Below are positions 1 through 11,791 of a stretch of 34,395 nt of DNA, piece by piece. The DNA lies in the NCBI GenBank assembly GCA_964035545.1, contig CAXIUT010000201.1, forward strand, positions 1-34,395, given 5' to 3'. The notes under the pieces are model-generated. The model was not told where the DNA came from, searched no databases, and saw only the letters and a list, made by a program, of their open reading frames with translations. The DNA is from Bugula neritina (lineage: Eukaryota > Animalia > Bryozoa). The translations under genes and the position numbers were made by a program. The number at the start of each line of letters is the position of its first letter. The first letter of the stretch is position 1.

Positions 1-106
1 CCCAACCCCAACCCCAACCCCAACCCCAACCCCAACCCCAACCCCAACCCCAACCCCAACCCCAACCCCAACCCCAACCCCAACCCCCAACCCCAACCCC
101 AACCCC
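1..106. repeat. Left telomere, (CCCCAA)n
   Basis: Perfect C4A2 repeats from base 1, with one C5 variant near 84-88. The tract starts 5'-CCCAA. Confidence 0.98.
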
Positions 107-168
107 TAGGGAGAATGTTTGGAAATAAAAAAATTAAGTTAGAATGATTATACATCGAAAATTAATTA

Positions 169-621
169 TCATTAGTAAATCCATTTATGGCTATGTTGAT
201 TCCAATCAATAAGTTAGCTTTGAAACCAGATATTGATCTATCTTTTGGCGTTTCCAACGCTATCAGATGCATGACATACATTTCTAGAAAGGAGGACTGC
301 GTTGTCTCCTCTGATGGTCTGGGGATTGGAGAGGTGAGGATCTGTGATGCCTAGAAGTCTTCTTCCGGCTGCTACTACACCTTGCCCTTGCCATACCATG
401 CATACAACTGGTCCAGAGGAGACGTAGTGATCGACTAAAGCTGGAAAGAAGGGTTGTTAGTGAAGGTATCCGTAGTGTTGAGAGATGAGTTCTTGAGTTG
501 GTATTGTCATTTTCATATTTTTGAGCTGATATCCTTTTTATTCAAATCGAGATATGATGTTTCCTATTTTATTTCTTTGAACTCCTTCAGGCTTAACCAT
601 AACGTATGTTTGTTCATCCAT
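169..621 (-). CDS. NDK: Nucleoside diphosphate kinase
   Basis: With TAR=Glu: [15 protein letters not shown]...[11 protein letters not shown]...TIRGD...[21 protein letters not shown]...WIYE, ending in TGA. 150 aa, no introns, catalytic His present. Confidence 0.96.
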
Positions 622-697
622 TTTGTGTGGCAATTAAGATATTTATTCTTAATAAAAAAAACTATAAAATGGATATTAAATGTTAAGTTTCTAATAA

Positions 698-1298
698 TCA
701 TTTTTTTGCTTGATAAGTTGGGTATCCTTTCATTATGTTTTCGAGATGTTTATCAACAAAACTATATAATCTTGAAAGATAATCTTCATAATAGATAACT
801 TTAGCTTCTGAGTCTTTGTTTGTAGAAAACTAAACGAAATCTTTTGTTTATTTCTATCCGAATTCAATACCTGATGTCTAGAGGTGACGTTTCATTTACT
901 CGATTTCTATGTATCCTTTTCCTTCTGGGTCTAATAATCTGAAAGCAGCTAGTACTGTTTCTGGATCATCAGGTTAAAATTCTTGTTATTTGAGAACTTT
1001 GTAACAATGGGAATACCTCTAAGCATGTATGGTTCGAATTTGGAATATTTGATTGATTCTAGAGGTTCATCTTCTTAGATCTAGGTTATAAGATGGCTAC
1101 TTCTGGGAGAATGGCGTCTCTGACTTGTGCTTCTGAGGGGAACTGTCCGAGATATCTCATGACATAGGGGACTTCTTTTTTTTCTATGTAGTTTTTCTTT
1201 TTATCGTAGAAGAGAGTGAATCCTTAACTGATTTTAGTTTTAAGGTATTCTTCTCTTTTAGCCTTTTAGGTCATAGACAGGTTGTTATCCCACAGCAT
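698..1298 (-). CDS. EFCAB2: EF-hand protein, EFCAB2/DRC8-like (dynein regulatory complex)
   Basis: Reads EVPYVMRYLGQFPSEAQVRDAILPEIEEDEP...AAFRLLDPEGKGYI...IYYEDY after removing two 20-nt introns (997-1016, 1081-1100). 187 codons. Confidence 0.8.
997..1016 (-). other. 20-nt spliceosomal intron
   Basis: GTATTCCCATTGTTACAAAG; removal restores the reading frame. Confidence 0.85.
1081..1100 (-). other. 20-nt spliceosomal intron
   Basis: GTAGCCATCTTATAACCTAG; removal restores the reading frame. Confidence 0.85.
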
Positions 1299-1489
1299 TA
1301 GTTATATTTTTAATATAGAAAATGGAACTATTCAATTCAATTTATACTCTATTCCTACAACCTTATACAAAATGGTATTATTCTCATAAAAGTAGTTCTA
1401 GATATTTAAAACTAGCCATTCTATTCTTGTTTTATCAATATATTAATCTTTATTATTTATCTATTTTATGTTGAGTTGATATAATATTA

Positions 1490-2317
1490 ATGGGCGCAGG
1501 TCAGATCATCTAAAATAACATTAAGTCAACCACAACTAGTATCTGGAATCAAGTGCCTCAGCTATAACCTAAAACTTGGTTGGACTTCGATCTCAAAAAC
1601 TACAATAAAGCCTTCGTTAATTTAGCCATAACAGTTGGTGTTCTTACTCTGGCTAAATCTGCTATTTCTGTAAGTTGTTCTACCCTTTGTGCTTTGAAGA
1701 GTAAAAAAGTTCCATCAAGTAAACAATTCCATGAGAAATATGGTTATCATAGTTGGGCTTTGGTGGCTGATTGCAAAGGCAATGAAGATTATTGTAGATT
1801 TTTGGCATTAAATGGGTTTAATTTGATATTGTTAGGAGAGGAGTTGGATATTCAAATTGCTAAGGATAAAGTGTAGCAATATGGAGTTTAGGTGTTGACT
1901 GAGGTGGTAAATTGGAAATAAAAAGAACAAGACATCCATTTCTATGAAAACTTATTATAAAATTTAAAGAACTTTGATATAGCATTTCTGATTTTACCTA
2001 AACTAACCAAGCCGTCTGAATTAACACCAACTCATCTTGAAAACATCCAGCCGTTTGAACACAACTATCTTTTGGTTCGTTATTTCGGTCCTAAATTAAA
2101 ATTTCGTAGCTACAAAAGTGGAATAATATTTCCAAGTTACCCCCAAAGCGAATAGATATCTAAACATAATGGAATAAGTAAATGTCTAATAGCTGGCAAT
2201 GATGCATTCGGCAGAATATGCAGTTATTAATTCAAACAGCAGTTGTAAGTGGTAGTGGCTAGAGGTTCTGTTTAAAATGCTTTTGTTGCTTTGGGAAATT
2301 AAAGAGTATCCTATTGA
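1490..2317 (+). CDS. Divergent short-chain dehydrogenase, 3-ketoacyl-CoA reductase (HSD17B12/KCR)-like, probably inactive
   Basis: 275-aa open frame. Hydrophobic N-terminal segment, then KYGYHSWALVAD...FLALNGFNLILLG, resembling the KCR stretch KYG-WAVVTG...LAKRGLNVVL. No TGxxxGxG motif and no clear YxxxK. Confidence 0.6.
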
Positions 2318-2345
2318 TCTGTATTTGTTATAATTAAAGATAATA

Positions 2346-3186
2346 ATGATGTTGTTTAGAGGGATAAATAGAAGTAGGCATTGTTTTGGAATGGGAAAGA
2401 AATGGCTCGATAATTTGGCTAAAAGAAACATCAAGGCTGCCAAAATGAGAGAGGAAATGGTTAGTTAGTAGTAAAGATAGAATACCAAAAAGATGTAAGA
2501 TAATTTAAGTGTAGGAATAGAAGCAGGTAATTCAGGCATACAAGGTAGACCAAGTATGGAATCTACTAGTGAGATAGGATCCTCAGCATAACTTTCAGAA
2601 AGACATAATAATCCATCGTAAACAATTTTAGCAATCAACAAAATAACTTCGTTCTGCTATCCTTTTCTAAGACCTGCTTAAAACATAACTAGACATCTTA
2701 ATATACGACACAAAAGGAAAACCATACGCCCACACCTTGCTCAAATATCTATATATACTACTAACTATTTCAGCATCTCTATGGTCAATTTATGCTCTTC
2801 GAAAATACGACCCAAAAAACGGAATATTACTCGATCGCACAACATAAGGCAAAATATTTAAATATATGGTGTATATTTTATCATTTGGGTTGTTTGTGGT
2901 AACTTTGAGTCGGTATAGCAGTTTTCGTCGTAAGTATGTTTAAAAGGTGGTGTATAATACTGAGAGAGAGGAGTTTACATTTACTAAGAGGAGTTGGAGA
3001 GGCAAGAAGTATAGTTTTGGGATAAGTCGGTTTAAAATATTGTATACTGAGAATAAATTTTTGAATGCTCAGGGGATCAACTATTTTGATATTGATAGTA
3101 AAGAGGAACTTAGTATCGTTTATAGAGATTCTTGGATCAAACAAGATCTGTTTAGTCATCTCATCTCTCAAAGAATCAAACTATGA
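2346..3186 (+). CDS. Hypothetical membrane protein, likely mitochondrial
   Basis: Arg-rich N-terminus (MMLFRGINRSRHCF), two hydrophobic segments, ends TGA at 3184-3186. Needs an intron near 2495-2514 plus a 1-nt correction, or an alternative 22-nt intron at 2527-2548. Confidence 0.5.
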
Positions 3187-3253
3187 TTTATATTGTCAAA
3201 ATAGTTAAAGGTCTTATTATTATTTTATTTCTTATGATCATTTTATTTTTAAA

Positions 3254-3861
3254 TCATTTTTTAAGGACAGGGTCTTTTTATTTATGGAGATGGTCTTTTT
3301 AAAATGATTCAATGGCAGCAATTGCTAATCTATTAGGAATGAAGGGTCCTTCTCTTTTCATAGGCTTTTTGTCGATTGGGCAGTTGGCTTTTAGATCTAC
3401 GTGTCTTTAAATACAGAGATGACAGAAGGTGTGTCCGCAGAGGAGGATGGTTGGTTCAGTAAATCTTTAAAGACAGATAGGACAGATAAAGATATCTGGG
3501 TATTGCTTAGAGTCGAAATGTTATTTTTTGACAATCGAGGGTAAATCTTTCCATTTATTTAATGTTTTTTATGCTTTTACGGCATGAAAGACAAAGAATT
3601 GTCCATTATTATCTCCACATGCCTAACATATTTCAACTACATGATATCCTATTTTTTTATAACAACCTTTACATCCAATATCAATTATTTGACAATTGCA
3701 AAGATCAAATGCTTTTACTTTACTGATCTATACCATATTTTAGGTTCTAAAATCTGTAGAAAAATAGTAACACTAGGATCAGGACATAGATATATAGCAC
3801 TTCCTCTATCTGTAACCGATTATCGACAATAACTACAGAACAAAGTAAATACTTCTTGCAT
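3254..3861 (-). CDS. FAM72-domain + RING finger fusion protein
   Basis: N-terminal part: LFCSYC...RG...IFSTD...CNCQIIDIGCKGCYKKIGYHVVEICEACGDNNGQFFVFH (FAM72 pattern). C-terminal part: CPICLERFTEPTILLCGHTFCHLC...CPID (RING-HC). One base is missing in the T-run at 3760-3764. Confidence 0.8.
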
Positions 3862-3908
3862 AATAAAATATAATAATCCTTTTAATTTATAAAGATATAA
3901 TAACAGCA

Positions 3909-4999
3909 TCATTTGATAAACGGATATGTGACTTTTATTTTACAATCTCCTTGAATAGCAAAAAACAGATGATAATTTTTATCACCAACATTGATTACTG
4001 CATTATTGTTCTTATTTATCATTCTTAAATTATTTTTCTTCATAAAAATATCCAAACAAGAACTCACCTGCAAATTGCCTATATGATTGTATTGAACTCC
4101 TTTGCTCTTGCCTGCAGAATCGATGTAGTAGCAGTTGAGGGCCTCTTTGAAGATTTTATCTGATTTCTCGTAGTCGGTTTTTCTGATAAGACCTACTGTT
4201 AGTTTGCTGTTAGCTGGAAAACTGGTTAGTGTTATGCGCATTTTACCTGCCCAGTTGCTGACGTCAGCGCTGAGTAGACACATGTTGGGAGCATTGACAT
4301 TTTTATCTTTTTGTGTGAAAATATCGAATTATTTATTGATATTTTTGGGAATTAGATATTAATCTTTTGATATTTCTACTGTTTTTTATGGTTTAATTTC
4401 TGGAGGAATGATTTTATCGATGTGTATGAAGTTTTGTCGGGCGATGGTGATTTCTTCATTGACTTTTTTGAAGATGTTAGAGAAGATGTCATCGTCGGTT
4501 AGTATTTTAATTTACTATTTGAAGAGGTAGTTTTTGACTTGGAAGTGTGGGTCACCGTAGTTATCTTTGATCATGCTGAGATAAAATTATGAAAATTTGT
4601 TCTTTCTGCTTTACTAAATATACTAATAAATACGTTTTAGTGGATATGGTGTTTGACTTTTTAGTAGGTGAGGAGAATATCTTCTTACAATTTTATAAAT
4701 TCTTATGCGATGTTTTATACACATTTTTTGAGGTGATGGAGGAGTAGTAGTTTTCTTTTTTAAAGTTAGTCTATATTTTGTTCTTGGTGTTCTTTGTTTT
4801 TGTATTTTTTGTATAAAGAATCAAGGTATATTTTAATGGGTTGGTAGTTGTGGCTTTTATGTCTGTCTATGCATAAAGAACAAATCAATGAATTTTAATG
4901 GCACTAAGGGTTCAAACAGATCAGGTTTACTTTCTAACCTGTGTGTCCCTTTTGCTCACAACTTATGTACTTTATCTTGTAACTGGGAATCTACTACAT
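3909..4999 (-). CDS. B-box-like zinc finger + coiled coil + SPRY-like domain protein
   Basis: CEQKGH...ICLNPEC...ICSLCIDRHKSH, a helical middle region and a beta-rich C-terminus (KLTVGLI...YHLFFAIQG). One 20-nt intron at 4614-4633; 357 codons. Confidence 0.65.
4614..4633 (-). other. 20-nt spliceosomal intron
   Basis: GTATTTATTAGTATATTTAG; removal restores the reading frame. Confidence 0.8.
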
Positions 5000-5074
5000 T
5001 TATCAAAGATTTATATCTTATCAACTTATATCAATCAAAACTCATCATCTATATTATACAACTCATTTATGAAT

Positions 5075-5199
5075 ATAAAACAACTAAATTTCATTCATAA
5101 TAGAAACAACTAAACAGCATTAATAATATAAAACAACTAAAAATAATTAATGATATAAAACAACTAAAAAGCATTATTCATTCATATAAAATAACTAAA
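5075..5199. repeat. Degenerate ~27-nt-period repeat with core ATAAAACAACTAAA, in a divergent intergenic region
   Basis: Five copies at about 5075, 5100, 5128, 5155 and 5186. Confidence 0.75.
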
Positions 5200-5249
5200 T
5201 GACATAAAATGACAAATATTTGATTTAATATCAGTTATAGTTATATTCT

Positions 5250-6573
5250 ATGAACAAGTAGCATAAATCATGTTCACTGCATAACTATTCTTTCGAATAT
5301 TTTTGTTAAAAGTGTCTATAGCCAATATGCCGTCAATGTACGATGATTGGACCTCATAATACCCCAGTAACTATCGTTATATCTAGATACATTCCATTAC
5401 TAATTTACCTGAAGCTTATGAACGAAGAGTGCATTAAATTAAATAAAGAATATCATCCTTTTTGGATAATAAAGGAGTCATAATTTAGTCGATTTAACTG
5501 CTTAATTTGTAGATAGAGAAGTTGAAGCAATTGAAGGAGATCGGTTTGAATTAAAATGAAAGATATCAGAGTAAGATGTTGCAGGAGTTGCATAAAGCTG
5601 AATAGAGGGTCAAAAATGAGATGATGTTGATAAGATAGGAATTTTAGACCAAAATTAATGAGGTCAATGATCTTGGACATACCTTTTAACATCTAGAAGA
5701 TCATGTTTAAATCATTGCTAGTCATGGGGCTTTGTTGCAATCTATCAAGGAATGTTTGGATAGGTTGAATATCATGTTAGAGGAATAGCATTGTTTTAAA
5801 GAGTTGCCCAAATAACTATCTGATTTGAGGATTGATTTGAAGAGTATTTAGGTGTATTAGGAACAAATAGGACAAAAAATCAAAATTATCAAAGAGATTT
5901 TTAACATTATGTAGCAAGAAAAAGCTAAAATACAAAAGCCTAGTATCAATTTCAATATATTGCTTGAGTATTTATTTATTAATATAGAAAATTATCAAAA
6001 AACATGGATAGTTGCATAGAGCATAATATTTGTCATTTTTGTGGTACAATTTTTACTTTCTAGGCTGCCAATACAACATGTTCTAAGAACAATGCTACTT
6101 TAGATATTAATGAATTTATTGGATATTGTTAGAAAAAACCAGATGCGATCAAATGGGGTACTTATCGGCATTACTTCTCATCGCCTGCTGACAAATATTA
6201 ATGCTACAAAACAAAATAGAAAAATTCTTATAGCATTCATCTGAAAGCTTTGCTGCTAAAGTTGAAAACCATATGTTTCATTAAGGGAGTCAATTTGTAC
6301 CAAGAATTTATATTGGCTGATCGTATGAAGAAAGGAGTTTGTAATAGGATTGAGATGAGGTATATTTTTATGGAGATATGCGGTTTGAGTCAATAATAAA
6401 CTTAAATCATTTTGACCATCTGTGATAAACCAGATAAAGACAGTTATCGGTATGGATCAATCTTTTAGAAAGTGCAGCAGGTTTAGCAAGGAGGTAGTAA
6501 CAATGAAGGCAAGGTGAATGAGGGAGTGGGGATGATAGGGGAGTTGATAAAGGGTTTGTCTTTGTAGAAATGA
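5250..6573 (+). CDS. B-box zinc finger coiled-coil protein with a further Cys/His motif
   Basis: CSLH...YFCEKCLEPICRQCTMIGPH...H, a coiled coil, then CHFCG...ANTTC...RHYF. 20-nt introns at 5367-5386 and 5968-5987; one apparent indel near 5560-5575. Confidence 0.7.
5367..5386 (+). other. 20-nt spliceosomal intron
   Basis: GTAACTATCGTTATATCTAG, inside the B-box. Confidence 0.8.
5968..5987 (+). other. 20-nt spliceosomal intron
   Basis: GTATTTATTTATTAATATAG; removal restores the frame into CHFCG. Confidence 0.75.
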
Positions 6574-6595
6574 TATTTTGATAGTTATAATTCAA

Positions 6596-9500
6596 ATGAT
6601 AAAAGGCATTTCATAGGAACTGCTGTCACACTATTTGTACCGGCCGAAAGGGATATAAAAACGGAAGGCTAAATCTCTTCGGAAAAGCCATAGCGATACT
6701 AGATGGGACTAAGATATAAGCAGTTGACGAGATAATCTAATTGGACCTTTCTCATAATGTGATACAGAAACTAGAAGGAATATAAGTATTTACAAATTTG
6801 TAGGTTTTAAACTTATCTAACAACAAAATAACTGACATGGGTGAAATATAGGAGATAAAGAAGTTACCTAGACTGCATACATTAAATATAAAGAAAAATC
6901 CATTTACGAAGTAGAAAATACAATCAGATGGATTGAGGTTATTGATGTCGATGCAAAACGACCTGATGTTGTTGGGAGAGAGTATATAAAAGAAAATAAG
7001 TGAGATTGCATAAAATATGGGACAAATATAGTGTTATGGACAATATTATAAGAAACTTAATGTTCATTTGTAGATGTTGAATGTTGATAAGGTGGAAAAT
7101 AGTTTTGTAGATGTTTAGGTGTCGATGTTTCCTAAAATTAAAAAGATTGTGGAATGTTCTTTTAGAATTAATAATCATATCAGAAAATAATTTGTTTTGC
7201 AGTTGAATTTATCTCTATTTGAGGATGTGAGTATCCTAGAAAGCTATCTTACTAAAGAATTGTAAACTAATAAAAATAATAAAGCTTCTTTGGTTAAGAA
7301 AATTTATTAAGTATAAGATGGGCTTAGATAGTTAAGAAAGAATTTGATGTCGAAAGTGAAGTCTAAACAGATTCTTCAGAAAAGAATATTTAATCACTAG
7401 AATGAGTAGAGTCCTAAATAATATGTCAAAGTTGATCAGACTATTCAACAGCATAAGATAAAGGTGAATTAGAAGATGAAAAATGTGGTTCAAAATTTAA
7501 GAAATCATCAAGGCATATAAAATGTACCTATTATGAGTTGTTAATCACATAATAATAAATAATTGGACAATTTTGATCAAAATTTTATAACTACACTAAC
7601 AAAAACAAACCCTTTATTTCAACTACTTCTATCTCCTTTGAATTCTCTGAAAAACCACTAAAAATAAATATTAATTCAAAATTTATTAAGCCAATTAAAG
7701 TAGAAAATGAAATAAATAATAAAAAGCCAAAAACATAAAAAATAAACCTAATCATTAAAGACAGATTTCGAATGTTTAAAAGAACATATGTAGAAGTTGA
7801 CTTTATAATTTAAATAATAACAATAGAAATCAAATAAAAAGATAAAACATTTGTCATCGTTATTTTCATAAGAAAGTGCTAAAGTATAATAACTAGAATT
7901 AGTTATTATGAAGAATGAGGAGTAGTTGAGTAGATATCGATAGGTGAATTAATAAATTAAAGAGGAGGTTGTTTATAAATAAAATTGTTTGGTTAAAATG
8001 TAGGAATATTAGAATTATGACTAAATTATTAGAGAAAAAAGAAATGGCAGAATAATAAGATAGTATTATTAAAAATTGAAGAAGAAAGCAACAAATTTAG
8101 CTAAATTAAAACGTTTAAGATAGATTAGTTAGAAATAATAGAATTAATAAATTAAATATATATTTTTTAATAGTTTTAAATAAAATGTGGCTCTCAATAA
8201 AAAGGAAAAGGAGTGTAATTATTTCATTTTAAGTCTAAGAGTTAGATAAATGTTAGGATATTTTGCTGATGATGTTATTCTTAAAAGAAGATAGTTATTT
8301 TGTGTTAGATCATTGCTTTTATTGAAAAAGAAAATGGTTTTTAAAAGATGTTAAGCTTATCGATAATATCGTAGAATAGAAAATAGAAAAATAAATAAAT
8401 TGAATAAATTAGTCGAACAAAGAGCCAAAAGAAATTGTTATTCTATTATGAAAAATATAGTGAATGATAAAAATTAGAAATAAATTAAGTAGTATTTAAA
8501 GAAATTTAAACAATAAGCTATCATAAAGAAGTATTATAGAACTTGGGTAAGGTATATTACTCATTATAAATAATTATCATCAAATTGTAAAGAATAAATT
8601 GAACTTAAAATTAAAACTAAATCTATGAATAACTTTAAACAAACTTGTCGTTCTTTATTAGATTATTAGGTGCATTTGAATGCTTTTGAGTCATTTTTGG
8701 TAGCTTATAGAAAAATCAATGGATATTTATTATTCAAGAAGATAACTAGTAGATTTTTATTGTAAAGGGAACTTAAAGTAACTAAAATAAGAAGGAAAAA
8801 GAAATATAAAGCTTTTCATTTGTTTATGACTGTTATCAATAGTAAATTAGTTGATAATAAAACAAAAATTAAAGAAGAAAAAAGATAGAGATAGTTAGAA
8901 AGAAAACAGAAATAATAAATAAAGAGAAAAAGTCAATAATAAAGATAGAAAAGGTCAATATGTTTTAAAAATATCATTGCAAAAGCTTATTATTAAATAG
9001 TACTGAAAGAGATAAGAAGATAGAAACAATCAAATGATTTATAAAAATAAAAGAAATTAGAAAATTGTAAAACCTTTTTTGGAATATTAAGAACAAAATA
9101 TACAAAAAATATGAAGTTGAAATTCAAGTTTTAGAACTTAAAAAAAACAAATAGAACTGTTAGTATTTTGAAATAGTTTTACTTAAAACTAAAAAAATAT
9201 TATTAATAATCTCAATCAACAAAAAAGATGAACAAATACAAGTTATTAATGCGTTATTTTTACGATTGGAAAATTTTTATAAACAGATATAAGATGAATT
9301 CTTATAAATTTCAATTCAAATAGTTACAACCTTAAATATAAAATATTTCTATCCTACAAAACCAGCTAAAAGACGAAAAGAAGATACTTATATCGTAATT
9401 ATAGGAGAAAAGAATAATGATAGAAGAGTATAGGAAGAAATGTGAAGAATACTAATACAAATTGCAATCAAAAGATCTAAAATATTAAAAGCTGAAAGAT

Positions 9501-9806
9501 ATTTATTCAGATACAGCTAAAATAACTGATTTGAATAAAACTATAAAAAATACTATAGATTCAGATAAATACAAGAAAACAGATGATTCTAATTTTTATG
9601 TTAAGTATCTTCCGATTGAGTTGCAGGAAAAGAGTAGATTGTATAAAAATTATTAAGATAATCAAGAAGAGTAAATTAGAAAAAAAATAAGAAGTTCACT
9701 ATCTGAAAAATATAATGATTAGCAATTGTATTCGATCAGAAAGAATGAACATTTGGGAGATAATAATGAAAACAAATCATTTGTATCTTCTTTTAGAAGG
9801 TTTTGA
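6596..9806 (+). CDS. Leucine-rich repeat protein with long K/E-rich coiled-coil region (may be more than one gene)
   Basis: LRR units ELDLSHNVIQKLEGI, VLNLSNNKITDM and TLNIKKNP. The downstream low-complexity frame is broken by several indels, so boundaries are approximate. Confidence 0.5.
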
Positions 9807-9856
9807 TATTATAACTCTTTTCAATCAAACATAAATTATCATAAATAATATTTATA

Positions 9857-10503
9857 ATGATCTTCAATGCAACACGTAAAATTGTCACTCTTACCAGAAG
9901 AATGATCCATATGATTAGTATTTAAACCATGGGCACTCCTAATCCCAACTTTCTCAAGTTTATTCCTGTGGGACATAAAGTGCTTGGAGATGAAGGCACT
10001 CTCGACATCCCTTCAAAAGAATATTCTTAGATATCACCATTGGCACAATAACTATTTACAATAAGTGGAATAACAAGGATATTTTATGGTTCTGACTATT
10101 TGAGTATTGCTAAAGAGTAGTCAATAGAATGGAGTAATTTAAAGCCTGAAATATTTAAGATTTTGAGTGATTATTTTGAAAGCAAGAAGAAGTTACTGGT
10201 GGCCAATGTTGAGATATGTACAGATGATGAGATATAGAATCGGATGAAATCGACCCGAATGATAGCGAGACAGTTCAATTTATAAAATAGATAATAAATA
10301 GTCGAATACGTCCGAATGTGCAAGACGATGGAGGTGATGTAAAATTTATATCTTTTGATGAGTAAAGTGGAGTATTGATCATAAAGATGGTGGGTGCTTG
10401 TGCGGGTTGTCCGTCTTCTTTGGCTACTTTGAAGGGAGGAATTGAAAAGATGCTCACTTATTACATACCCTAGATCAAGGAAGTAATCGCATAAGAGGAA
10501 TGA
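9857..10503 (+). CDS. NFU1: Mitochondrial Fe-S cluster scaffold NFU1
   Basis: TPNPNFLKF...SPLA...IKEIINSRIRPNVQDDGGDV...[28 protein letters not shown]. One 20-nt intron at 10218-10237. Confidence 0.95.
10218..10237 (+). other. 20-nt spliceosomal intron
   Basis: GTACAGATGATGAGATATAG; removal joins the two NFU1 domains in frame. Confidence 0.85.
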
Positions 10504-10553
10504 TAAGTTGATAAAGATATTATATAGTAAAATAAATTATATTTGTAAAGTGG

Positions 10554-11279
10554 ATGTTTGAGTACTCACAACCATCAATTGCTAAGGTGCGTATATCTGA
10601 AGATGTTACTTACTTGCCCACTGCCTAAAAATCACAATATAGATTTGATACTGAACCTTTTATTGAAAGAACTCCTAAAAAAATTGATTTTGGATCACCA
10701 AAATCTATCAAAAGTTCTGTCTCTATGACCAGAAAAAGTATCGATGAGTGTCTCTACCTAGCTTCTTAGAAGAAAAAGATGAATAATGAGGCTATTTAGG
10801 AGGTGGTTCAGACTAATAACTAAATATTGGGATCTTTGTCGAACTTCAATCCAGTGAAAAGGAACCTCTTTTAAAACAAAAATAGAACTGAACAGCAAAA
10901 TAGAAGAGACTATCGAAATTATGTGTAGACAAGTAATTTCGAATTACCAACTGTTATAAGTCCTAAAAAAACGAAGTACAGGGAGAATAACTAAAATATA
11001 CCTACTTCTACTTATAAATAGTAAAATGAAAAAGGCGATCTCATGAGACATATATCAAAGTTATAATCCTAGCTGGCTGTATTGAGGAGTTCTGCTTCTA
11101 GGAATAGAGTTAGTTCTGACATGAATGCATTGATTGAGTAAAATAAGCATTTGAGGAGTCAGTTGGCATTGTCTCAGTCAAAGGTTTCTTTGAATGTGTT
11201 TGATTAGTTGGAGAGGTTGAAGGCATAGAATAACGCACTGAGGAGGGACACAATTGCTTTATTGAGGGCTAAGAATTGA
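10554..11279 (+). CDS. Hypothetical protein with C-terminal coiled coil
   Basis: Uninterrupted 242-codon ATG-to-TGA frame under TAR=Glu. Confidence 0.65.
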
Positions 11280-11306
11280 TGTTATGAAGTTAGAGTGTAT
11301 GAACAA

Positions 11307-11651
11307 TCATAGATTATTTTTTATTTTCCTTAGTATCATGAGAACTTATTGACTACTCCTGTCTGAAAAATCATACTATTTTTGTTAATTCGTGTTTTTT
11401 ATTTTGAGATTGATGTCAAAGAGTTGTTAGGCTAGAAGTGAACTTTTCTGATGTCTATCTTTCATTTCTTTTCGATATTTTTGTATTTATTTGTAGTATT
11501 CGAGTCTCATATGTAGTTCATCTGTATATTTGATTGCTTTTTCGATGGTGATGTTGCTATCTGAAGCCATTTGATTACTAAATGACTGTCTTGACTAGTT
11601 GATATATGTTTCATAGGTTTGGATGAGTTCTAAATTCTTTTTGTTTGACAT
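11307..11651 (-). CDS. Small hypothetical helical protein
   Basis: 115-codon ATG-to-TGA frame filling the gap between its neighbours. Confidence 0.5.
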
Positions 11652-11791
11652 TTCAGAAGTGATTTATTATAAAATGATTTTACTAGTCTAGATAATATAA
11701 ATATGATTATTTTAACTCTTAATTTTGTATTAAAAGATTAAAAGGATGTGAGAAAATATTTGATATTGCCACGTCAATTATTATTATTTAC

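Noticed and set aside
81-90. C5A2 variant repeat in the left telomere as telomerase infidelity
   Set aside because: A single homopolymer-length variant in indel-prone sequence cannot be distinguished from error.
5075-5199. Repeat-spacer pattern as a CRISPR array
   Set aside because: Repeats are only about 14 nt and degenerate, spacers about 13 nt and A/T-only, the context is eukaryotic, and there are no cas genes.
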